From Planctopirus limnophila DSM 3776 (GTDB lineage: Bacteria > Planctomycetota > Planctomycetia > Planctomycetales > Planctomycetaceae), in the NCBI RefSeq assembly GCF_000092105.1, contig NC_014148.1, positions 1,200,001 to 1,232,000 on the forward strand: DNA of 32,000 nt. Direction: 5' to 3'. The notes beneath the pieces are model-generated. The model was given only the letters and a program-made list of their open reading frames with translations, made no database searches and was not told the origin of the DNA. Both the position numbers and the translations under genes were made by a program. This document shows, piece by piece, positions 1 to 7,799 of this stretch. The first letter of the stretch is position 1. Every line of letters starts with the position of its first letter.

Positions 1-168
1 GAGATAAGCCTGCAGGCTCTGGCCTTGTAAGAGAACTTTGACGAGAGGATAGGAGAGCATCAGCCCGGCTGACCAGAAAATGGCCACCAGCAGGGCTGCG
101 ATTGATGAGCCAATCAGATATCCCCGGACACGCCAGAGATAAGGGGCTAGTTGGTTCAGGCTCTCCAT
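1..168 (-). CDS. N-terminal fragment of a membrane protein, possibly an MsbA-type ABC exporter (continues past the left edge)
   Basis: Reverse-strand ATG at 168-166 opens a stop-free frame to position 1 (56 codons: MESLNQLAPYLWRVRGYLIGSSIAALLVAIFWSAGLMLSYPLVKVLLQGQSLQAYL). A basic stretch followed by a TM helix resembles ABC-exporter N-termini. The fragment is truncated, so it is absent from the ORF track. Confidence 0.35.
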   Translation of the reverse strand, partial: MESLNQLAPYLWRVRGYLIGSSIAALLVAIFWSAGLMLSYPLVKVLLQGQSLQAYL

Positions 169-413
169 AGATCCCGCACATCCCTGTGCCAAGGGCCGAC
201 GATTGTCTGTGGGCCCAGGTCAAATGTTCGAAAAGTCTTTCCTGATTTTTGGCTGGGAGCTTTTCTTACGAAAAGTCGCACGCTGTAAGACTTTCGCAGA
301 AGTGGCGAAGGTGGGCAAGAAGAGTTCTCCAGCCGTTCAATGCCACGGAAAACAACGAATCTGGGAATTGGCAGGTGTTTGTGCTGACTTATGCGTTTTC
401 CAGAAAATTGCTG

Positions 414-452
414 AGAGTTGCTGGTTGTGAAAACATGCTTGCCCAGAGCTGC
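414..452 (+). repeat. H1 repeat (CATGCTTGC hairpin family), truncated copy
   Basis: GTTGCTGGTTGTGAAAACATGCTTGCCCAGAGCTGC. The 3' arm is lost. Confidence 0.7.
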
Positions 453-654
453 TGTCTATTGCACACATCTTTTCCCGAACGCTTTTTGACGTGTGGCTGG
501 GGTCAAACGTCCTCGTTTGCCCCCAGTTCATAGGTCTCTGATCGTTTTTGACGAACAGCATGGAAAGTCATGAATCTATGTTTCGGATGCGTTTGCGCTA
601 GGGAACCTTGTTGACCAGGGGGCGGATGAAGACATCCGACCCCTGCCACCCGAC

Positions 655-705
655 GCGCGTTGCTGGATGGGAAGACATGCTTGCTCAGAGCTGCAAGCAT
701 GGCAC
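655..705 (+). repeat. H1 repeat
   Basis: GCGCGTTGCTGG...CATGCTTGC(676-684)-tcagagct-GCAAGCATG(693-701)GCAC. Confidence 0.8.
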
Positions 706-740
706 ACTGAGCATGGCACACAGCAGGTTATTGAGCAAAA

Positions 741-2222
741 TTATTTCGTCACTGGAGTGGCGTCTTCCATCTTGGAGCCTCTCCAGAGGGGCTCGATATT
801 GGATTGATTCCACTTTTCCCAGGAAGTTTTCAGACGGGCGACAATTTCGGGATGAGTTTCTGCCAGGTTGTTTTTTTCGCTGATGTCTGTGGAGAGGTCG
901 TAAAGTTCCCAGCCACTATTTTTTGATGCGGGAAAATCTCGCCAATCCACGAGCTTCCAGTTTCCTGCGCGGACGGCTTTTTGGGGGCCAAATCTCCAGA
1001 AGAGCGATTCGTGAGGAGCTCCCGAACGCTGGCCGAGCCAATAGGGCATGAGATTCACCCCATCGATTCCTTGAGGAAGTGGCTGTGGTTTTGCGGGATT
1101 ATTGGCAGCCAACTGGCAAACCGTGGGGAGAAGATCGAGAGAAATGATGGGCTGCTCGTAGATTGTGCGGGCGGGAAGTTGCCCGGGCCATGAGACAAAG
1201 AAGGGGACGCGGATGCCGCCTTCGAGAGTTTGCCCTTTATCTCCGCGCAGGGGATGGTTGAGCCCGGAGTTGTACGCGAGTATGGGTGCGCGTCCCGACC
1301 CGCCATTATCACTGAGAAATATAATGAGTGTCTTTTCGCGGAGCCCATGCTGACTCAGGTGCTGCGTAATCCGGCCGATGGAATCGTCGAGGCCGGCCAG
1401 TAAGGAGAGGTAGCCGCGGCGAGCTGGGAGTTTTACAGACTCTGGGATTCTCTTCTGGAGATGCGGGGCGATTTCGAGTGGTGTGTGGACGGCATTGTAC
1501 GAAAGATACAAGAACCAGGGTTTGTTGGGCGGGCCACTCATCCAGCGAAGAGCTTCGTTGGTGAAGAGATCTGTCGCGTAGCCTTCCTGTGGTTCGACTT
1601 CGCGGCCCCGGTAGATCATGTCGTGAGAGTGAGCAGTTCCAAACCTGGCTTTGACTTCTTTATGTAAGAGGTAGTTGTGGCCACCGACGAGGAAGCCGAA
1701 AAACTCATCGAACCCCCGGCTTTGCGGATGATGATCTTTGCTGAAACCTTGGTGCCATTTGCCGATCAGGGCCGTGCGATAGCCTTCTGTTTGTAATAAA
1801 TTGGCGATCGTCACTTCTTCGAGCGGCAAGCCGAGTTTCGCTTCTTCGCCTACGTGGGGATTGAACTCGTGTCCAAACCGAGTCTGGTACTTCCCGGTGA
1901 GAAAGCCGGCGCGAGAGGGGCTGCAATAGGGTGCCGAGACGTATGCGTTGGTGCAGCGAATGCCACTGGCGGCTAATTGATCCAGGTGAGGTGTGGGGAT
2001 TTCGCAGCCACCCTGAACCCCCAGGTCAGCGTATCCCAGGTCATCTGCCATAATGACCAGAATGTTGGGACGACCGGATTTGCTGGTTTGATTCACATCC
2101 TCGGCAGCCAAGAGGGCTTGTGAACAGAATGCCACAAGAGCCAACCAAAGTGCGATAGCCGGGTGACTTCCTAATGACATGAGCATCTTCCTAAGGGTGC
2201 GAACCGGTGACGACTCCGTCAT
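741..2222 (-). CDS. Secreted formylglycine-dependent sulfatase (arylsulfatase family)
   Basis: 493-aa ORF with a signal-like N-terminus (AIALWLALVAFCSQALLA), a DDLGY metal site, the CxPxR motif (YCSPSRAGFLTGKY), GKWH and a DNGG block. The start could be an internal Met at 2186 or 2180. Confidence 0.9.
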   Translation of the reverse strand: MTESSPVRTLRKMLMSLGSHPAIALWLALVAFCSQALLAAEDVNQTSKSGRPNILVIMADDLGYADLGVQGGCEIPTPHLDQLAASGIRCTNAYVSAPYCSPSRAGFLTGKYQTRFGHEFNPHVGEEAKLGLPLEEVTIANLLQTEGYRTALIGKWHQGFSKDHHPQSRGFDEFFGFLVGGHNYLLHKEVKARFGTAHSHDMIYRGREVEPQEGYATDLFTNEALRWMSGPPNKPWFLYLSYNAVHTPLEIAPHLQKRIPESVKLPARRGYLSLLAGLDDSIGRITQHLSQHGLREKTLIIFLSDNGGSGRAPILAYNSGLNHPLRGDKGQTLEGGIRVPFFVSWPGQLPARTIYEQPIISLDLLPTVCQLAANNPAKPQPLPQGIDGVNLMPYWLGQRSGAPHESLFWRFGPQKAVRAGNWKLVDWRDFPASKNSGWELYDLSTDISEKNNLAETHPEIVARLKTSWEKWNQSNIEPLWRGSKMEDATPVTK

Positions 2223-2693
2223 ATCAACACGATCTCATGTGATCAATCCTTTGGTTTGCCGATTCCAAACATTCTGGAGGACTGGGAGATTCAGCATCTT
2301 GGGAAGCCTGGCCAGTATGCGCAGATGGGGTGATGGATTTTCCGATCCTGACGATTACCAGTGACAGGTTGTCTTTTCGTGGGAGAAGCGGCTGGGAATG
2401 CCGATCTTTGGAGCGGTGAGGGAAATCAGGCTCCGATTCGAATGCCGCAAGATAGGTAGGTCAGGGATTTTGCTTTTGCTGGCAGGCAGTTTTTCGGCAG
2501 TTTTTGCCGTTACCGGGCAAAAACATTCCAGAAATGCCGAATCGGGACTTTTGCGAAAAAAAAATCCAACTTTTGTCTCAAGCCTCGTGAGGGGGCCGTC
2601 GATGTAGACGATGAGACAAGTTGTCTTCTGGCACCTGCGAACAAATGCCGGGGGATAGCTTCACGCCGTTCTGACAGGAACAAGGATCGAGCG

Positions 2694-4073
2694 ATGAAAA
2701 TTGCGTCCATGATGGTCGCTCTGGGAGGCCTGCTGGCCTTCGGACTGGCAGATGTTGCCGAAGCAAAATACTGCGGTGCCGCAAGGTATCGCTGCTGTCC
2801 TACTGAGGCATGTGCCCCGGCTGGCGATTACTGCGCCGCCAAGGCCTGCCCCACGACGTGCTACCAGACCGTTCAGGAAACGGTTTGGGATACGAAGCAG
2901 TACCAGTGCTGCCGCACGGTGTACGATCAGGTGACTTGCCAAGTGCCAGTGACCTGCACCCGTACCATTCGCGAGACCTGCTATCGTGAAGAGTGTTACA
3001 CCGTGTGCAAGCCTGTTTATCAGACTTGCTATCGGGAAGTGACCTGCACGATCAAGAAGCCGGTTTACCAGACGTGCTATCGCGACGTGACCTGCACCAT
3101 CAAGAAGCCGGTTTACCAGACCTGCTATCGCGACGTCTGCTACACCAAGTGCCGTCCTGTGTTCCAGACCTGCTATCGCGATGTGACCTGCACAGTCAAG
3201 AAGCCTGTCTGCGAAACGCATTATCGTCAGGTCTGCTGCACAACTTATCGGACAGAGACCGAGACCTGCTACCGAGACGTCTGCTACACCGTCTGCAAGC
3301 CTGTCACAACATACAAGACTGTGGAAGAGTGCACTGGCGAATGGGTGACTGAAACTTATCAGATCCCTGGCAAAATGGTGCAGAAGTGCGTGCAAGATCC
3401 CGGGACATGGGAATGGGATCCTTGTGCCTGCAAGTGTGTTTATCGTCCTGGTTGTGCCCGGATGGTTTGCGAGCAGTGCCCACCAACAACCTGCTGCAAG
3501 CGAACATGGGTTCCCCGTAAGGTTTGCAAGCAAGTTCCCTGCACGACGTATGTCCGTGAGACACAAACCTGCAAGCAGCCATATACTGTTTGCCGACGAG
3601 TACCTGTGCAGTCTGTGAAGCAAGTTCCTTACACCTGCGTTCGCTGGGAAAAAGAATGCGTGACGAAGCGCGTTCCTTACACGACCTGCTCGATGGTTCG
3701 TGAAACATGCACGAAGCGGGTGCCATACACGACCTGCTCGTGGACAACTGAGTGCATCACCAAGCGAGTTCCTTACACAACCTGCTCGTGGACAACGGAA
3801 TGCATCACCAAGCGGGTGCCTTACACGACCTGCTCGATGACACGTGAAGTGAAAACCCGTCAGGTGCCTTACACGACCTGCCGTCAGGTCTGTGAGACCA
3901 AGATGGTGACAAAGACCAGTTGCGTGCCACGTAAAGTGGTCGAAACCAAGACGGTCTGCGTGCCACGAACTGTTTGCCGCCGGGTGCCTGTCACGGCCTG
4001 TGCCGCTGTTGATCCGAGCTGTGCAGTTCCTGCAGCTACGGCTCAGGCTCCCTGCAGCACATGCACCAAGTAG
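2694..4073 (+). CDS. Secreted Cys-rich repeat protein, planctomycete YTV-type
   Basis: 459 aa with signal peptide MKIASMMVALGGLLAFGLADVAEA and AGGA 10 nt upstream of the ATG. I count 61 Cys. There are two arrays of 16-residue repeats (CYRDVTCTIKKPVYQT and TKRVPYTTCSWTTECI) with recurring (V)PYT(T/V)C motifs. A strong terminator follows. Confidence 0.85.
   Translation: MKIASMMVALGGLLAFGLADVAEAKYCGAARYRCCPTEACAPAGDYCAAKACPTTCYQTVQETVWDTKQYQCCRTVYDQVTCQVPVTCTRTIRETCYREECYTVCKPVYQTCYREVTCTIKKPVYQTCYRDVTCTIKKPVYQTCYRDVCYTKCRPVFQTCYRDVTCTVKKPVCETHYRQVCCTTYRTETETCYRDVCYTVCKPVTTYKTVEECTGEWVTETYQIPGKMVQKCVQDPGTWEWDPCACKCVYRPGCARMVCEQCPPTTCCKRTWVPRKVCKQVPCTTYVRETQTCKQPYTVCRRVPVQSVKQVPYTCVRWEKECVTKRVPYTTCSMVRETCTKRVPYTTCSWTTECITKRVPYTTCSWTTECITKRVPYTTCSMTREVKTRQVPYTTCRQVCETKMVTKTSCVPRKVVETKTVCVPRTVCRRVPVTACAAVDPSCAVPAATAQAPCSTCTK
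2979..3218 (+). repeat. In-frame tandem repeat array 1 in the YTV gene (5 x 48 nt)
   Basis: Units start at 2979, 3027, 3075, 3123 and 3171, each with TGCTATCG. The units at 3027 and 3075 are nearly identical at the nucleotide level. Confidence 0.85.
3615..3902 (+). repeat. In-frame tandem repeat array 2 in the YTV gene (6 x 48 nt)
   Basis: Units start at 3615 (degenerate), 3663, 3711, 3759, 3807 and 3855 and encode T(K/R)(R/Q)VPYTTC plus 8 residues. The units at 3711 and 3759 encode identical peptides. Confidence 0.85.
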
Positions 4074-4091
4074 GTCTTTCCTTACAGATTT

Positions 4092-4139
4092 CAATCAGCC
4101 AGGTGTTGCCTCAAGGCCTCCCTGGCTGATTGTTTTTCT
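4092..4139 (+). terminator. Rho-independent terminator of the YTV gene
   Basis: A 12-bp perfect stem, CAATCAGCCAGG (4092-4103) paired with CCTGGCTGATTG (4121-4132), is followed by TTTTTC. Confidence 0.8.
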
Positions 4140-4476
4140 GGAATCGTGGCGTGAGCATCGAGTTGATCTTACGGGGAAAGCCAACCTGCAAACCTCTAAA
4201 AACGCTAATTTTGGAGAGAGGTGCAGTTATCCATAGCCGGAAAGTTTCGTGAGAGGATTTGTGGTGATTCCTGCTGATTCTTGAGAGTTTCTTTGTTGTT
4301 CCCTTGGCAAACTCTGGGGATCAAACAATCAAAGAACCGAGTTTAGGTTGACAAATAAGTTGACAGTCGGTGAACCTAAGCATTCTTGGAAACTTTGTGT
4401 ACTTGTTGAGGCGAGTATCCAGAGCCACCTAATGGAGTTCACCTGAGAAGCGTTGCAAGCGAAGGGAGTCTCATCC

Positions 4477-6219
4477 GTGTTGCAGATTCAACTGGGTAAG
4501 TGGTCTACGAAGTGCTTTTCTGCTCTGGCACTTGGTGCCAGTCTTCTGGCAGCCACGATGGTGACTCGGGCTGATGAACCACGCATTACTTTCGTGCAAC
4601 CGGGTGCTGACCGACTTCGGGAAGATCTGAAGTATCTGGTGAATCTGGCCCCCACGCCGGCACTCAAAAAGGAATGGGAAAACCTCGACGCCACGCTGGA
4701 AAGCTTTCTGGCGGGTGTGGATGGCAAAACGCCCATTCGCGTTGATGTGATTCTGGGCGATAAGGAACTGATTTATCAGCTGAACTTCCCGACCACCAAG
4801 CTCGAAGGCCGGGATGGCTTTTTGGACAACGTGGCTTCGTTTGGCTACACGGTCAAAAAGAATGCTGCCGGTCATTATGATCTGACAGAGCAGGGGGCTT
4901 CGAAGCGCAAGTATTTTCTGCGGGCCAATGGCAAGTATGCCATGCTCAGCCAGCGGCTACAGGACATTCCTGCGAATGCACCGGATCCCGGGAAGCTGGC
5001 ACAGAATCTCCTCAGTGGGTCACAGGATATTGTGGCTGACCTGAAGAATGATCCCGCCACCATCACCCAGCGACAAGCCGACTTCACCAAGCTTCGCGTA
5101 GAACTCGAAGCGGCTGTTAAATTCAAACGCGACGAGGCCAAAGAAGTTTTTGAGCTGCGCAAGCTGGGGACAAACCACCAGTTGTCCGAACTCGAACGGT
5201 TTATCGTTCAGTCTGAGCATCTGCAGGCGACGTGGACCACAGATATTGAGGCGGGGAAAGGTTCAGGGACATTGCTCCTGACGGCTCTTCCGGGGACTGA
5301 GCTTGAAAAGAGCATTGCCTTACTCGGAACCAAACCAAGTGCCTTTTCGGCGATCAAGCTGCATGATCAGCCCGTGATCTCGGGTAAGACCTGCTTTGAA
5401 CTCGACGACATGCGGCAGAAGCATTTGATCGAGTTTTATCCGGTGATGAATGCCGCTATTGGCGTGAATATCGAGAACCGTCCGAATCTCACGGCGGAAG
5501 GGAAAGCGGCTGCCAACGAATTTTCCAAGACACTCTTTGCGCTTCTGATAGACGGTGTCTCGTTAGGTGTAGTCGATTCGTATGTCGACCTGCATGCTGT
5601 CGAGGGGAATGTGCATAACATGACGTGTGGAATTCTGGCGAAGGAGACTTCGACGGTTCCCGCTCTGTTAGCACTTATGCCCAAGATTCGAGACGACTGG
5701 AAATACGAAGCCAATGTGGCAGAACATAATGGCGTGAAGATCCACAAGCTGACCTTCCCCGCTCGTCGCCTGGAAGGGTTTCAGTCGATCTTCGGGAAAG
5801 ATCAAAGCGATCTTTACATTGGCGTCGGGAAGGAGATCGTCTGGGGTGCGGCTGGCAAAGGTGGCTTGGACGAACTGAAAGCTGCCATCGACCAGCAAGC
5901 CAGTGGTGAGAAGACAGTCAGCCCGGTGGTACTCTCCGGTACGGTCAAGTTTGGGCCGACGGTGCAGCTCCTGGAAATCTTCCGTGGGAACACTCCTGTC
6001 TCGAAGACCGGGAAATCCAAGGCAGAACTGGACCGCATCAAGAAGATTGAGAACCTGCGTAAGATGGCTGTCGATGCCTTCGCCAGTGGCGACGACCTGC
6101 TGACCTTCAGCCTCGAGCGTAAAGATAAAGAAGTCGTGGGCCAACTCAATGTTAACCAGGGAATTCTGCGATATGTGGGCTCGGTGATTGCGAACTTCTC
6201 GAAGGAAGCTTTGCGATAA
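4477..6219 (+). CDS. Secreted hypothetical protein (~580 aa), distant paralog of the 16797-18719 product
   Basis: The ORF is open from TTG at 4453. An in-frame GTG at 4477 has AAGGGAG 8 nt upstream and yields a signal peptide (KCFSALALGASLLAATMVTRA). I recognise no catalytic motif. A strong terminator follows. Confidence 0.8.
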   Translation: MLQIQLGKWSTKCFSALALGASLLAATMVTRADEPRITFVQPGADRLREDLKYLVNLAPTPALKKEWENLDATLESFLAGVDGKTPIRVDVILGDKELIYQLNFPTTKLEGRDGFLDNVASFGYTVKKNAAGHYDLTEQGASKRKYFLRANGKYAMLSQRLQDIPANAPDPGKLAQNLLSGSQDIVADLKNDPATITQRQADFTKLRVELEAAVKFKRDEAKEVFELRKLGTNHQLSELERFIVQSEHLQATWTTDIEAGKGSGTLLLTALPGTELEKSIALLGTKPSAFSAIKLHDQPVISGKTCFELDDMRQKHLIEFYPVMNAAIGVNIENRPNLTAEGKAAANEFSKTLFALLIDGVSLGVVDSYVDLHAVEGNVHNMTCGILAKETSTVPALLALMPKIRDDWKYEANVAEHNGVKIHKLTFPARRLEGFQSIFGKDQSDLYIGVGKEIVWGAAGKGGLDELKAAIDQQASGEKTVSPVVLSGTVKFGPTVQLLEIFRGNTPVSKTGKSKAELDRIKKIENLRKMAVDAFASGDDLLTFSLERKDKEVVGQLNVNQGILRYVGSVIANFSKEALR

Positions 6220-6255
6220 GCTGGTGACATGAGCGACATGATGCGGTGAAAAGAT

Positions 6256-6293
6256 AGCCCCCGGCATTGGTCAAATGCCGGGGGCTTTTTTTT
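6256..6293 (+). terminator. Rho-independent terminator
   Basis: AGCCCCCGGCAT (6256-6267) pairs with ATGCCGGGGGCT (6274-6285), followed by a T8-9 tract. Confidence 0.85.
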
Positions 6294-6335
6294 GAACTTG
6301 TGATCCTCAACGAATGCGTTGTCCAGGAATCACAA

Positions 6336-6386
6336 GCGCGTCGTTGTTTACGGAGGCATGCTTGCCCAGAGCTGCAAGCATGGCAC
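6336..6386 (+). repeat. H1 repeat
   Basis: The hairpin is CATGCTTGC (6357-6365) paired with GCAAGCATG (6374-6382), with the same flanks. Confidence 0.8.
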
Positions 6387-6423
6387 TTAGCGGACCCTAC
6401 TCGCTGCAAACATTGCACAAATC

Positions 6424-6579
6424 AAACGACGGGAACAAGCCTCATTACCGATTGGAGACAAAGAAGGTTATTGCCGGTGGTGTGCGGAAGATGGTCCGCA
6501 CAGCGGACCCTACGAGTTGATTCATTAATGCGTGATCTTTATTCATCATGCTGCGGATGAAAGTGGTTCGGGCCGGGCT
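6424..6579 (+). repeat. Direct repeat DR-L flanking the F1 cassette island
   Basis: It aligns with 7891-8031 over ~140 nt, with about a dozen substitutions and one ~15-nt indel by hand alignment. It contains a REP-a core. Confidence 0.8.
6491..6513 (-). repeat. REP-a (GTAGGGTCCGC-tgt-GCGGACCAT)
   Basis: This copy is in inverted orientation, inside DR-L. Confidence 0.8.
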
Positions 6580-6581
6580 CT

Positions 6582-6775
6582 CAGGGTGGCGCAGGTTGCT
6601 CGTCTGCGAACTACCTGTGTGACGGGGGCAAAAGAGGTTTTGCTGCCGGAAGAAATGTCATATGAGTCTCTGAGGAATTCAGGTGGAAACTTGACGGAGT
6701 TGCATGTCTGCAAATGCCGTCTTGTGCCGAAGCCACCCCGGTAGAAATCGGAATTTCAACCGGGGGCACAAAGAC
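6582..6775 (+). repeat. F1 composite structured repeat, copy A (3' closing arm diverged)
   Basis: It has the CAGGGTGGCGCAGGT head, the 5' hairpin, the conserved core and the 3' hairpin CCCCGGTAGAAATCGGAATTTCAACCGGGG at 6736-6765. Confidence 0.85.
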
Positions 6776-6831
6776 TCCATGTGAAAATCTGACACCACCC
6801 AAAAACAAAACACCCGCAACTCCAGAGAATG

Positions 6832-7083
6832 CTACCATTCCACTACGACAGGACTTCCTTTATCAGTCAACCACTTAACGACCTCCTCAACTGCAGATTG
6901 TCTGTCGGCATCAGTAAACGGCTCACAATCATGTGGAGGCTCCCACTGGGTTGTCCCACGCGGCAACACTATAGTGTCATACTTCAACAGTGCTTTATCT
7001 GTAAAGTAGATGTCGGTGTAAACGAGCGTGACGCGGTGACCTATTTTTACCTCGAAATGACTGGGGGTTACATCGATTATCAT
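6832..7083 (-). CDS. Small cytoplasmic hypothetical protein (83 aa), cassette ORF between F1 copies A and B
   Basis: ATG at 7083 with GGAG 6 nt upstream and TAG stop at 6832-6834. The product is MIIDVTPSHFEVKIGHRVTLVYTDIYF...WEPPHDCEPFTDADRQSAVEEVVKWL. I recognise no family; an immunity-protein-like feel is only an impression. Confidence 0.55.
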   Translation of the reverse strand: MIIDVTPSHFEVKIGHRVTLVYTDIYFTDKALLKYDTIVLPRGTTQWEPPHDCEPFTDADRQSAVEEVVKWLTDKGSPVVVEW

Positions 7084-7134
7084 AGTTCACTCCAAACGCA
7101 TTGCCAGGCAAAACTTTGCTGTCACACTTGTCAT

Positions 7135-7311
7135 GCAGGGTGGCACAGGTTACTCGTCCGCAAGCTACCTGTGTGCTCGAGGCGAAAGAGGTTTGGCTGC
7201 TGTAAGCACTGCAATATGAGTCTCTGAAGATCACAGATGGGACTTTGCCAGTGCCCTCTTGTGGCTTGGCTACTCCGGTAGAAATCGGAATTTCAACCGG
7301 GGCCACACTGC
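7135..7311 (+). repeat. F1 composite structured repeat, copy B
   Basis: GCAGGGTGGC (7135-7144) pairs with GCCACACTGC (7302-7311). Both hairpins and the core are present. Confidence 0.85.
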
Positions 7312-7562
7312 CTGTAGAGAGAATCGAGAAGTTGCCAGACAGGTCGTCGAAAGTCATCTCCTGTCAACGCTTTGCCATACCATTTCTGAAGGCGATCATT
7401 GAAGTCTTCGTCCCTCCCGCTGAATATGTCGTAAAGGCAGGCATCGTCTGAAACAAAGTAAGGCCGATCCTCGTTATCGAACATGCGATCAAGGAACTCT
7501 GAAAGCTGGCTCTCTCTCTCCTTCAACTTATCGTCTTCCGCGAAATCGAATTCTTGGCTCAT
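7293..7562 (-). CDS. Small acidic hypothetical protein (89 aa), cassette ORF between F1 copies B and C
   Basis: ATG at 7562 with GGAG 7 nt upstream (residue 93 of the 181-aa track ORF). The product is MSQEFDFAEDDKLKERESQLSEFLDRMFDNEDRPYFVSDDACLYDIF.... The last 19 nt and the stop codon lie inside F1 copy B. Confidence 0.55.
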   Translation of the reverse strand: MSQEFDFAEDDKLKERESQLSEFLDRMFDNEDRPYFVSDDACLYDIFSGRDEDFNDRLQKWYGKALTGDDFRRPVWQLLDSLYRQCGPG

Positions 7563-7590
7563 GGGGTTGCTCCAATCGGCACGAATCCAC

Positions 7591-7769
7591 CGCAGGGTGG
7601 CACAGGTTGCTCGTCTGTGAGTTATCTGTGTGCCGGAGGCAGAAGAGGTTTTGCTGTCGCAAGCATTACAGTATGAGTCCCTGAAGATCTCGGATGCAAC
7701 TCTGCCAGGGCTCTCCTGTGGCTTCACGACCCCGGTAGAAATCGGAATTTCAACGGGGTCCACCCTGCG
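7591..7769 (+). repeat. F1 composite structured repeat, copy C
   Basis: CGCAGGGTGG pairs with CCACCCTGCG as the closing stem. The 5' hairpin carries three wobble-compatible transitions. Confidence 0.85.
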
Positions 7770-7799
7770 TATTATGCACAACGATGCCTTGTGAGGGTA

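Noticed and set aside
2661-4094. 477-aa ORF antisense to the YTV gene
   Set aside because: It is a shadow ORF. It is kept open by the codon composition of the repeat arrays, the product is low-complexity (R/A/G/L/H-rich), and there is no RBS. The sense ORF has a signal peptide, an RBS and a terminator.
4348-4365. Two TTGACA hexamers 12 nt apart upstream of the 588-aa gene as a promoter -35 or an operator
   Set aside because: No acceptable -10 lies at 16-18 nt from either copy. This cannot be distinguished from chance without TSS data.
7221-7300. Hammerhead ribozyme core (CUGAAGA ... GAAA) inside F1
   Set aside because: CUGANGA is present in A, B and C and a GAAA follows. However, the sequences flanking them cannot form stems II and III, the GAAA is buried in the 3' hairpin stem, and copy E has UUGAGGA.
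7125-7320. Target-site duplications flanking F1 copies
   Set aside because: The bases flanking B, C, D and E show no direct duplication of 2-10 nt, so there is no support for DDE-type MITE insertion.
6582-7769. F1 copies as a CRISPR array
   Set aside because: The repeat units are ~180 nt rather than 25-40 nt, and the copies are imperfect. The 'spacers' are 280-360 nt, unequal, and contain ORFs with an RBS. No cas genes or leader are present.
6582-7769. F1 copies as canonical integron attC sites
   Set aside because: There are no RYYYAAC/GTTRRRY core sites at the element boundaries. The length exceeds typical attC sites, the predicted fold is multi-branched rather than a single bulged hairpin, and there is no intI or attI in the window. 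The cassette-like layout is kept as a finding, but not the integron label.
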